Assembly: GCA_030704615.1 (NCBI GenBank)
Contig: CM060731.1
Span: 35,340,001-35,404,000 of the forward strand
DNA: 64,000 nucleotides
Direction of reading: 5' to 3'
Source: Takakia lepidozioides
Taxonomy: Eukaryota; Plantae; Bryophyta
Shown: piece after piece, positions 23,401-35,146 of the stretch
How the letters are laid out: each line of letters begins with the position of its first letter
Position numbering within the stretch: the stretch's first letter is position 1
Notes under the pieces: generated by a model
What the model was told of the DNA's origin: nothing
What the model saw: only the letters and a program-made list of their open reading frames with translations
Databases searched by the model: none
Program-made: the position numbers and the translations under genes

Positions 23401-23569
23401 TACATCCAGGGCATTTGTCTTGTCAACAGGAGAGGCTCTCCTACACCCTCCGAAGAACTTGCCCCACCTTCCACCTCATCCCTCCCATCCTCTGAGCTCT
23501 GTGATGCATCAGTTCCACTCTGCCTCTCAAAAATTCCGTCCTCTCCTTGGGGACTGTCCACCTCACCTC

Positions 23570-25761
23570 CTAAGAATCTTCTGCCTCTTCTCCCCCACTT
23601 TCCTTAGCAGAATCCAAGACAAATCTATGAGCATGACGGGCTCTAATAGTTGTTGCCTCCTCACTCATCTTCATTTTCTTGAGGCTTGCCTTGTCTAAAA
23701 TCTGCTGTACACGACTAGGTTCGGAAGACCTCCTAATGGACACCGAAGCAAGCCGGGCAGCATAAGTAGGAAGGATGTAGTCTCTTTCTGGACTAGGCAT
23801 GAAATCCCCCCTGGCAAAAAAAGGCATGTTCCTCCTGCCCATGAACTGCGGTGTAGACGTCCCTCCTGCAGTACTTGACATCCTGCAGTAAGAACAAATC
23901 CACTTTAAGAATGTCAATACCAGCAGAAGAAAAAAAAGGTCTTTCAATGAAGTAAGAGAGCAGGGAGGTGCCTCACGAAATCAGGAGGCAACTTACAATG
24001 CGATCACTCACTTGTAAACCGGGGGCTCCTCGGCCTCGATCCCAACTTGTACCTCCCCCACCTCCTTCTCGGATTCTTCCTCATCCTCCAAGGATGCCTC
24101 TTCCTCATTCGGCAGACATTTAGCCGCTGCAAGTTCGGAATTGTGAAGGGCAGTATCTGGCTCAAAGGCGAAGACATGCCTGTCGGACAACGTCCCTGCC
24201 CACATTGAAGCACTTGAGGGACAGAGCGGGCGGATAGTAGCATGCGGCATGCAATTGCAATCGGGCCAGGGGAAAAACAGTGCACGTGAAGGCTTACCCG
24301 TGCCGCATGTGAGGTCAAGAATCCACCCTTGGACATCCAAGCAAGTCTCCATGAGGGTTTGGATGAAAGCAGGGCTCCGGGTCCGGCTGTACCGCCACGG
24401 TTTGTCTGTCTTTGTGTCCTTCGGCATACTGGAGTGAGGCACATAGTTGTAGAGGACATCATAGGTAACAGGGTCCACAGCGGCATCAACAAGACGATCG
24501 TTGTTGCGGAATTTGAACGTAGACCCTCTCTTCACAAAACAATATGCCTCAAACACCAATGTCTGCACATCCAACAAAAGTGGATCAACTCCAAGGTCTA
24601 GTTTAGATACACCACATTATGAAGTGAATGCAATAGATTGATAACTTACACTGTGGCCCTCTGTTCACAACCCCTGTGTATTGATGCAGAACCATTTTTT
24701 GAGGAGGACCGGGGTGACACTTTTTGGTGTCCACCTTGCCACAACATTCTCTGTGGTCTTCCCTCTTGTGGCAAGGACCACCATACATCCACCGTCATCC
24801 AGAAGCATCCCCGCCAGCCCAAACCCGGCTCTCCAGTAGTCCTCAGTAAACCTGTTCTAGGTGGGCACACCATCCAGGCCCTCCAGCAGCTCCCCATCTG
24901 GAATATCGAGGAGAATCATATCGCAGGCTCTCTCCACCTCAACCCCCCCCCCCTGAGTGCTCTTGTAATCATGCTCACAGCCGTGAAGAATTCCATCATG
25001 GCTTCCAAACTAGGGGTGTCTTTAGGCTCTGTACCGGCAGCCCTCTTCTTGGCTTTCCCCTTCAGCTCCTCCAAAGACTTGTTGTGTGCCACCTTCTTCG
25101 CCATAGCAGCCAGAGCATCAAAGAAGCTCTCATTGACGCATTGGATGATGGTTGGGGGTTCTAGCTTTGGCCTCTGCGGAAACGTCACCGCCGAATACCG
25201 CCGTGTAGGCTCGTCCTCAAATTCCAACTTCTTGGCAGAGCCAGTCCCAGTCCGAACTGAACCCGGACGACCGGTGACTTGGTAGCAATAGCAGCAGTCG
25301 CAGGACCTTGAACAAAGTCGTCGTCGGAGTCACTCCCTTGGGGCCCCTCCTGCGCCTCCTTTGGTAACCCGGTGGTTTTCTGTTTTTTGGGGGTTACTGT
25401 ACTCCCCTGTTTCCGTGTCCTTTTCTTCTGACCTTTGTTCTTCTCATTCAATTTCTCCTGAATACCTGCCTAAGCAATCTCTGCCGCTTTCCTGGACTTG
25501 GCAAGCGCTTTCGCCTCCTTTGGACCCAGCGGAGCCCGGTTTCTTCGGGCCTCCGCATCCAGCTTGAATTGAAACTCGGATGAGTCGAATGAGCCGGGCG
25601 GAAGGTCCATATACCAAGGGCAGTCGCACAAATGTTCCAGATGCCACTCCTTCACGATAACATCAGTGTACATGGAATCAGCCCCAAGGTTCCTCCATGC
25701 GAGGAAGAATGGCGGCTCGAAGGACAGACGACCTTTCTCCAAAAGGGAGAACTTGCAGTAC
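23570..25761 (-). pseudogene. Beta-class DNA amino-methyltransferase-like gene, copy 2 (decayed); exons 25761-24650, 24562-24298, 24213-24012, 23882-23570
   Basis: 'CDCPWYMDLP', 'DMILLDIPDG..VPT*N', 'LLDDGGCMVV', 'WFCIN', 'RSPAFIQTLMETCLDVQGWILDLTCGTG|ASMWAGTLSDRHVFAFEPD'. Same intron phases as copy 1. Several TAG/TGA stops, frameshifts and one acceptor mutated to CAA. Confidence 0.75.
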
Positions 25762-25894
25762 CTAAGAAACACACACAGAATGAGGTCCCGGGAACGAGGT
25801 AAATTTTAGGGAATAAAACTGCAAAATACACGCCGAATTTCTATACGGGGTTGGCCCGGTGGTCTTGGCTCTCCGGGGTGTCCTGCAATGAAAG

Positions 25895-26751
25895 TGGAAT
25901 TTCGGCGCCATTTTTGCCAGCCACCCCAGGGAAATTCGGCGCCATTTTCCTAGGTTGGGGCGGAAAATGGCTAAGTCCCAGAACTGACTGGGCCCGGAAC
26001 TAGAAAAATGGCGCCAAATTTCTTGTTTCGGTGCCAGCAACCCCAGGGACTTAGCCATTTTCGGGGCCCTGAACTGGAAATTCGGCGCCATTTTCCCAGG
26101 TTGGGGCCGAAAATGGCTAAGCCCCAGAACTGACTGGGCCAGGAATTGGAAAAATGGCGCCGAGTTTCCAGTTTCGGTGCCAGCAACCCCAGGGACTTAG
26201 CCATTTTCGGGGCCCCGAACCATTTTCCCAGGTTGGGGCCGAAAATGGATGTCCCAGAACTGATTGGGCCCGGAACTGGAAGAATGGCGCCAAATTTCCA
26301 GTTTCGGTGCCAGCCACCCCAAGGACTTAGCCATTTTCGGGGCCCTGAACTGGAAATTCTGTGCCATTTTCCCAGGTTGGGTCGAAAAATGGCTATCCCA
26401 GAACTGACTGGGCCCGGAACTGGAAAAATGGCACCGAATTTCCAGTTTCGGTGCCAGCCACCCCAGGGACTTAGCCATTTTCGGGAACCTGAACTGGAAA
26501 TTCGGCGCCATTTTCCCAGGTTGGGGCGGAAAATGGCTAAGTCCCACAACTGACTGGGCCCGAAACTGGAAAAATGACGCCGAATTTCCAGTTTCGGTGC
26601 CAGCCACCCTAGGGACTTAGCCATTTTCGGGGCCCTGAACTGGAAATTCGGCGTCATTTTCCCAGGTTGGGGCGAAAAATGGCTAAGTCCCAGAACTGAC
26701 TGGGCCCTGAACTGGAAAAATGGCGCCGAATTTCCAGTTTCGGTGCCAGCC
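25895..26751. repeat. Tandem array of ~6 x 146-bp GC-rich units with internal inverted repeats
   Basis: GAACTGACTG-like marker at 25981, 26127, 26257, 26401, 26547, 26693. Each unit contains AAATTCGGCGCCATTTT / AAAATGGCGCCGAATTT and GGGACTTAGCCATTTTC / GAAAATGGCTAAGTCCC. Confidence 0.9.
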
Positions 26752-28250
26752 TGTTGCGCACCTCCCTTCGGTAAGCTCCCCTTCAAGTCATAGTTACTCG
26801 CTTTGATGCGCGCGCCTAACTCCCAACCTGGCCGTCGGGCCAACTTGGAGCTTCGACTGCTCGCCAAGACATAACGGTCCCCCTTTACTCTTTCCAGAAA
26901 CCCTCCACCAATTTGGGCCTAGTGGAAATTCCCTTTGGTGGATGACAATCCGAAATAGCTCCCCACTCCTTGGTCGCTTTCCGGCTCGCACGCTTACTCA
27001 TTAGTTTTTGGTCACCAACGGGCTTGCACCGTTCTCGGGGTTATTACTCCCTATATATACTTCTGTGATTGTCCGCAGGGGTTTCACAAACAACCATGCC
27101 ATTTTATGGTGAACCACCACGAAGACCCTCGATTCCCGGTGGTGAGTCGCGGTGAGTCTTGGCCCACCCACCACGGCCCCATTGGACCGTGATGTGTCCC
27201 AAGACTCCCCACGACTCCCACCAGAAGGTCTCTGCCCCATGGTGACTCCTATGCCACCCCCACTAAGTCCCACTAAGCTACCACCACCCCTTGTGGAGCC
27301 ACCCCCACCGCAACCCGGTGTGCGGGCTCCACCTAGTGAGCACCTCCGCCTCCTTGAGTACCTTGGGCACCCAAGGGTGCTTCAGCCCCCTGTACCTATT
27401 GCGGCCACCGCCCCCACCACATGGGCAACCCCTCAGCGTCCCGACCCCCTGCCCTCAAGGCAAAGGGCCGCGACACACACCCCTACCAACAGGGAGTCGA
27501 TGCCCTCATCGACTTGTCCATTTTATAGAAACGAACATCCAAGTTGTGGCGTCCCACATCAAGGAGTTTGTTTCCGCACCATGGCGTCCCATGGCAAAGA
27601 ACCAAACCCCACACTTGACTCTACTCTCCACTAGCTAGTTCGGCCGACTTTCTCCAAGTCCCGGCCAAGGGTGGAGCCTCTCAAGCTCCTCCCAGTGCAC
27701 TCTTCTTGGCCCACTTCACGGCCAATGAACGATCCTCCCTGAGGATCGAATCGCCTTACTGCAACAACATTGCTTGCGACCGCTCATGATGCCGCTTTTG
27801 GCATCACCTTGAGCAAAGGTTCACCTTGAACCCTTTTTGACTAGGAAGATAACCTTGAACCAATCGTGCGCCCCAATCACTACAATTGCGTCCGCCTTGG
27901 AATGCTGGCCTGAGGTACAGGAACACGCCGAAGCCGCACTACGACTTTGTTCCAAGGCTACACGATTATAGTACGTGAACGGAAGCACGTAGCTTCCGCG
28001 TTAGCCCGCACTACAAGACAACCCCCTCGGTAGCGCAGTCATAGCATGCGCTAGGTGCGCACTAGCACGTGAACTCCCAAAGAAGGCGCAAGTTTCTTTG
28101 CCCTTTGGATGGGAGTCACTCGATTTCGGCAGTGCGCAAACACACGATTAATCCAATTTACCTCTCCCACTTTTGTAAGCTAGCATGCATTCTACACACT
28201 AGCCAATCATACCATGCATCACCATTCCAAACAAAATAGGAGGCGCAACA
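26752..28250. mobile_element. Putative ~1.5-kb LTR
   Basis: Begins TGTTGCGC and ends GCGCAACA (TG..CA with an 8-bp inverted terminus). TATA-like CTATATATA near 27052. Adjacent to the gypsy 3' end. No TSD. Confidence 0.55.
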
Positions 28251-28339
28251 TTTGGAAACCATTTCATTTATAACAAAATTTGTACAACACAAGTTTTTGC
28301 AATCGGATTCCTAAGCTAGCTAAGCCGGGCTAAGCATGC

Positions 28340-31250
28340 ATTTCCTCCCCCACGCTCCAAGGTTGATGTCTCCATCAATGTTTCTTCCGCTTTTGAGGTC
28401 GCCTTTCGAAAGCTGCAACCGCCTCGGATGCGTTTCCATTTCTGAGGCACGCACCCAAGATGCCTCCACTTGATAATAGCCATTTCATTTCACGAGATAC
28501 TCCGTTTCTCGATTCTTGAACCTCCTTGACCTAAGCACTGCCTCCACTTCGTACTCAGGTTCATTTTCATGATCCAACAGCACATGTGGCGGACGCAACA
28601 CTTGATGCCGATTCAGACGCGCTTCATCTTTGAAGTAAGGCTTCAAAAGGGAGACGTGGAATACCGGATGCACCTTGCTGTTTGCCAGCAGCTCCAATTC
28701 ATACATATCCTCATTCATAACCTTCCGGATGCGAAAGGGTCCCGCATACGGAGGTACGAACTTCGGACTCATTTCCGGATGTAGTCGGAAATTCTTGATG
28801 TTCAACCAGACCTCCGTGCCTGCCTCAAACTTAACCTCCCTCCGCTTCCGATTCGCCTACCGTTCATACCGTTTCCTGGCTTTGGCAATGTTGTACTTTG
28901 CGAGCTTTAACAAACGCTCGCGTTCTTCCCGCACTTATTATAACAGAACTCTGTCGCGTCCAAGTGCTCCACCCAGTCCGATTGGTCCGCCGACACGTAA
29001 TTCCGCAATATCTGTTTCACCACGGAATTCACCCTTTCCGTTTGGCCGTCCGTTGTAGGTCGGAAGGTGGTGCTCATTTTGAGCCTCGTCCCCATTTTCT
29101 TCCAAAGTACCCTCCAAAATTTACTAGTAAACTTTGGATCGCGGTCCGAGACAATATCCTTCGGGAGTCCATGATGCTTGAAGACGTGGGCGAAATAAAG
29201 TCGTCATGTCTCCTGCGCCGTTGCCGTCTCCTTGGTGGGGTTGAAATGGCCCATTTTACTGAACCTATCCACCACCACCATGATTGCATCGATTTTTTTT
29301 TACAGCGGCATAGCAGTCATGAGTCCATCGAGACACTTTCCCAAGACCCCTCTGGAATCGGCAAGGGTTGTAACAGCGTTGCTTGCTTTTTGTACTCGCT
29401 CCGGTTTTGTTGGCATGTGGTGCATGTCTTGACATACTCCTCAGCCTCCTCCCTTAGTTTGGGCCAAAAATATTCTTTTTTTAAGAGTGTTGCGGTGCGC
29501 TTGGCTCCGCCGTGGCCCGCAAGCGGACCATCATGACATTCTCTCAAAAGACTATCTCTGATCCCTCCCTTCGGCACGTAGAGACGCTTTTGCTTGTACT
29601 GGAGTAGTCCATTTTGCAAGTGGAACTGCGATTTAACCCCTATCCTCAAGTCCCGCATCACGGACTTTGCCATCTCATTGTTCCATTAAGCCTTCCGGAT
29701 CTTCCTCTGGAGCGTCGTCTCGCCCTTGTACACTAACATGAGCTACTGCTTTCTACTTACAGCATCGGCCACCACATTGTCTCGTCCCGGTTTGTACTGG
29801 ATATCCACGTCGAACACTGCCAAAGTGTCTTGCTACTTAAGTTGTTTTGGGGACAACTTAGGCTGCGTGGCAAAATACTTCACCGTGACATTGTCCGTGA
29901 ACACCTTCACCGGGTTGGAACCAACATAGTGGCACCAAAGCTCAAGGCAATGCATCACCGCCTTCATATCTTTCTCGTGCGTTGGCCACCGTCGCTCCAC
30001 TTCATTCAGTTTCTTACTTTTGTAAGCCACTGGACGTCCATTCTACATGAGTACACCTCCAATCGCGAAGTCTGATGCATCCGTATGAATCTCAAATGGG
30101 CGGTCGAACTCCGGGATTTTCAGGATTGAGCTTCCGCCATCCGCTGCTTCAACTCGGCAAAAGCTTGATCACAAAAGGTGTTCCATACCCAGACTTTGGA
30201 TTTACACAGAAGGTCTGACAGCGGCCCCGCGATCTTGGCGAAGTTTCTCACATACTTCCGGTAATAGGAGGCGAGTCTTATAAATGATCGCACTCCCAAG
30301 ACCGAAGTCGGAGGCTCCCAATCCAAAATGATCCTCACTTTTCTGTCATCCATTTTGATCCCATCCTATGTAATCACATGCCCCAGGAACTCCACTTTCG
30401 TGACCCCGAATTTGCACTTTGAAGCTTTGGCATACAGCTTCCCTTCCCGTAATTTCTGGAACACCCTTTTTAGATGCTCCAGGTGCTCTTCCTTTGTTTT
30501 CGAGTACACCAAGATGTCGTCGATGTACATGATCACAAAGTCATCCAACCATACCTTGTCCTGCACGCTGTCTTCTCATCGTCTCCTTCCGCCACTCCAA
30601 TTTGATGATAGCCGGAGCGCAAATCAATCTGGCTGAAATACTTCGCTCCTGCCAACCGATCAAAAAGGTCGTCAATCCTTGGCAAAGGGTACCGGTTTTT
30701 TATAGTCACCTTATTTAGAGCCCTGTAATCGACACACATCCGCAGCGTCCCATCCTTCTTGTCCGTGAATAGCACCGGGGCTCCGTAAGGTGACTTACTC
30801 GACCGGATGTACCCCTTTGACATTAGATCTTTGAGCTGAGTCTTCATCTCGACCAACTCTTTGTGGCTCAACCGGTAGGGCGCCTTGGCAGGCGATTCCG
30901 ATCCCGGTATCACCTCAATCTTGTGGTCAACTCTTCTTCGCGGTGGCAAGCCGCTTGGTAAATCCTCCGGCATCACATCCTGGTATTTCTCCAAAATCCC
31001 CTTGATCCAATCTGGGCTCGGCTCTCCATCGCCTTCTCCCTTCACTTCTCTAATGTAGAGCAAAAACTGGGGCTCGTGTGCCTCATCCACGGCCTACTCC
31101 CTTGCTGACAGAAGGTTTATTCGCCCTCCCATGGGTTTGGGCATTTCCGACACTCGTAAAACTTTGCCACCATTCCCACACGGTAGCGTGACTACCCTCT
31201 TGCGGCCATCTATGACCGCTCCGGATCTGCTCAAAACTGTCATCCGCCAT
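28340..31250 (-). mobile_element. Ty3/gypsy chromovirus pol (RT, RNase H, integrase, chromodomain), degenerate
   Basis: RT '[12 protein letters not shown]...YPLPRIDDL...[10 protein letters not shown]' and 'YIDDILVYS' with an internal deletion; RNase H 'TDASDFAIG'; integrase 'HDGPLAGHGG...CTTC', 'TDGQTERVN'; chromodomain 'EYEVEAVLRSR...EYLVK'. PPT-like GGGGGAGGAAA at ~28341-28351 on the minus strand. Confidence 0.92.
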
Positions 31251-31259
31251 ATCAAAAGT

Positions 31260-34200
31260 TTTTTTTGAAGAACCAGTAGTATCAGAATCATCTTCCCCCC
31301 GGAGGTGTTTTGGTGGCCGAACTTTAAGTGGTTCCTCCGGAATCCTGCGTGACATACAATGTTGGCCCACCATGTTTGGAAGCTTAAACTGTACTACTTG
31401 CTGTAAACGCTGGCAAGCAAAATGAGTGAACTCCCTGAACTCCTTGGCCGTATAGGTGAGATGTGCGCCAATGACTTTGGAGCAGTGTAAGTATTTCCAA
31501 GCTTCATGTCCCTTATAGAAAATATCATCAGGGCCCAATTTTTCTTTGACCAAATTGTTCCAAGCCAAATTAAACTATGAACGAAGCTGGGAATCCTTCT
31601 GCATCATGACTTTCACATCATAGAGATACATATGAGGCGGAACTGAAGGTAAGACCCAATGATCCCCAATGGAATAACTCAAAAATTGTGATTGCATCTT
31701 CTGCTGCTCAATGTGATAACGTGCCATGAAACGAGCAACATAATACAATCCACAGCCCATGACAATACTAGATACCTCCTTGGTCTTGGTGTAGATGTAC
31801 CCATGAACAACCTGGAAGGCAATTAATTCCTTCAGCATGATGCCTACCTCAGACCAGTACCTTGCAAAGTGATGATCCTCAATGGGTCGATTGTTCGGAA
31901 GAACCTTAGTCCGAGTTGCCACTGGAAACCAAATACGCATGATCTGGTAATACTGTGTCAGAGATTGTGGAGGACTGAATTCCTTCCAGGCCAAATCCAT
32001 CACAATGGGAATTTGGTTGAAGGGCATAATCATAGCCCGATTTTACTCCCGTGCAGCAGGAATTCTAGGTGGGTTGAAAGCAGCATCCCCTCAAACCTCA
32101 GACTGTGGTTGCGCCATGGTATTAACAGTGTCAGCCACCTCCACAGCAACCTGCTGCTGTGGAGGTTGTGATATTGCCGCATTTGTCCCTCTTACTGCTG
32201 GCAACTCTTGCACCTTCTGTGATGAAGATTGGAAAATCAAAGTCCTGGCCTGCAGATAAATAGCCATGAGCTGCGCTTCAGGAACTAAAGCTCTGTTGGT
32301 CAATGTTCAAGCTCAGGTCATCCACTTGAGTCTGCAACCCTTCTACATCATTCTGTAACTCAACTATTATACTATAGACATTGTCTATAATAGTTGTGGC
32401 AATGTTTTGGACCTGCAACCTGAGATCATTCGTTTCCCCCTGGGTGAGCTTGCGTGGTGCCTTCCCTTCCACCGGCCCTTGTGTTAACCATACTTGCATA
32501 AGATGATTATCCACCAAGTCTTGCGTAGCACCCCTGAGAGCCTGCTCCTCCTTAAGTCTGTACACATCTAACTGCTGCTGAAAAGCCTCCATGCGCTTCG
32601 CATGAGGTTCAACTAGGGCCGCATAGGCAACAACCAGATTATTGGCTTCCTTCCAAGCCTTGTTAGCCATAGAAAGTTCATTCTTCTGGTGTTTGCTGCA
32701 ACTCCAGGATGTACATTTCTTTCTCTGCCTCCATCCGTCTGTATTGTTGGAAGGTATCCTCATTGCCACTGATAATAGCCGTCACTCAGCAATGAGTTTC
32801 CCTTGCTCCACTGTCTCGGCCTCCACTATCATACAACTCTCTCCTTGTTTGTTAACTTCTGCAGCAGTCTGCTGCAGAGCAGTTGTTAGCGTGGCGCATT
32901 GGATAGTCATTTTCTGATGAACTGCTTCCAACTCTGTATGAAGCACCTTCCTGCAACTTGCCCTCATGCTGCACCTGCAATTGGTATAACTGCTGCTTAT
33001 GTGCTTCATGCAATTTCCCTTGCTCCAAACCCGCTTCAATCATATTCCCCTTTGCTAGCTGCAGGACAGCCTTGGTGTCCTCCAATTCTTTCGGCAACTT
33101 GAGGTTGGCCTCCACATCTACCTTGTTTGCACACTCAAACTCCTGCTTGAGTTCTTCCCTCGAAGCTGCCGATTGTTTAGATGGAACATGGGATTTCACA
33201 TAAATACCCAGCAAATTGAGTGTTCTGCTTATGGAACTCATAAGCATGGCCTGCTGTGGGTCTTCATGGTGAACTTACTGCTGTTCTCCCTGATCCTCCA
33301 CAGTGTGATGTTTCACCAACCATTCAGGCCATGTTCCCACAAGATCTTCTTCCTGAACGATCTCATTCTCCATAAGTGCTGCAATGCCCTTACAATCTAC
33401 CCCTGGAACCTCTACCACAGGTTTGGGTATCACATGCACAGTAGGGATTTCTTTGGACAAACTTTGCACCTCTGGTACCACTGGTTCCCTGACCAAACCA
33501 GAGTTTTCATAGAGAAGGTCACCCTTCTCAATTTTTGCCACGACTTGCTCAGTAGTGGGAATGTCCAACCCTTCGCCTTCCAGAGCAATAGGCTTTGGTG
33601 CAACAACATGTACTAACTGAGGGACCTCTGAGACAACCGAGTCAACTGGCTGTGATGGCTGTGGTACCGAAGTGACTTCTTCTTCTCTTTCTAAAGGTCG
33701 TGCTTCCAGTAATAACAATCCTCTGTGCGGCTGTTCCCCATCTGGTACAAGAGCTATGGAAACATCATTATGTCGCGGTTCCCTTGAAGCCAATGGATCT
33801 GTCACTCTAGTCGTGTCCATCTTTTGTCTCTTGGACTGGTGCCGCCCCTCCAATCCTCCAATCCACCTTCACCATGTGAAGAGCCCTCCTCCTCAATTGC
33901 AGTGGTTGTTGCCTCAAACACTCCCATCTCCTTACATTCTCGCGCATCAAGTATGCAAAAATCAAGAATAACTTGCGCAAGCACTGGGCCAGACACAACG
34001 ATTGGAGACTTAGCAACAGTGATTTGTAACCGCTTTATCTCTTCCACCAAACCATTGTACATTAAGTCCGCCCAAGCCACATCTTCCCCCCTCAAGGCTT
34101 TAAGTATCTCCTACGTGAATGATCTGCTCAAGTATTGTTGGTTCTGTTTCATGGACTACAGATAACATCTTCAGAGAAGAAGACATCATTCAGAAAGATT

Positions 34201-34620
34201 ACTGTAGATACACTTACAGGGCTCTCGAGAACCTTTAATACTGCGTACTCCGAGATACTGCCCAGGAGTAGGCGTCCGCGCACACTTCCGCTTAGCCTGT
34301 ACATTTTGACAGTTAGTCAGCAACCATAAGCAATGCTCTTCCCTACATCTACACAAGGATACCCTGGTAAAAAACCAGGAATTAGCAACCAACTTGTATC
34401 ATCTACTATTTGGATACCAGAGCTAACTCAAGCCAATTTTCAGAGTCTGCCAGGCCACAAGTATTTTGGAAGTACTACGTTCAATATTTGGCCAACTTCC
34501 CTTTTAATTTCCGAATGGTAAATCACAAAAAATCAAAAGTGATCACGGAAATAATTGCAGAGAAGCCATCGTCAACACGCACAAGGAATCTGATACTCAG
34601 AGTGCCTGCACATCTTCCAA
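31260..34620 (-). pseudogene. Degenerate long ORF of unknown function (coiled-coil and acidic regions), probably TE-derived
   Basis: Chain of collinear minus-strand ORFs (33802-34095, 33275-33853, 32852-33247, 32278-32769, 31575-32033, 31083-31568) broken by stops and frameshifts. CpG-depleted; no recognisable catalytic motif. Confidence 0.45.
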
Positions 34621-35146
34621 TGACATGAAAAACTCTGGTCTACAACTCCTAGTAGAAATCTATCTTAACGCTATTTGGTTCATTTGACTCACCGCCAAGT
34701 GTAGCCAAAACAAAACTTCAAGAATATTCACACCTAATCTCGATTCTCAATGGCACCTGATGCCCAGTGCACTACAACACACAACCACACCTTGGTGTTG
34801 AACCAATTGACCTGCCGACTCCCCTGGAAACAAAATTATTCTGGAATATCCTGCAAACTTGTCACACCATCGTATCATGCAGTGTAACACAAAGCTGATG
34901 AACTCATTGATTGGTTCATGAAAACATACTTGTCATTAATTTGTGTCCCTTTTTCACAGGTTCTTGAAGTTGGTCCATGGTTGAATACAGAAGCAGTCTA
35001 ACTTAGTAGTATACTTCTATAGCGTGGAAAGGTGTGACAGCAACAAGAGAATATAGAAATGTCACCAAACACAAAAAAATAGAGCCAGTATCCCAATGAA
35101 TCTCACCTTCTCAATACTCCATGAGCCATCACAAAATTTGTCCCCG

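Noticed and set aside
25895-26751. Regularly spaced palindromic repeats resembling a CRISPR array; long ORFs across them
   Set aside because: The units are fully repeated with no unique spacers, there are no cas genes and the context is eukaryotic. The ORFs are by-products of a GC-rich repeat.
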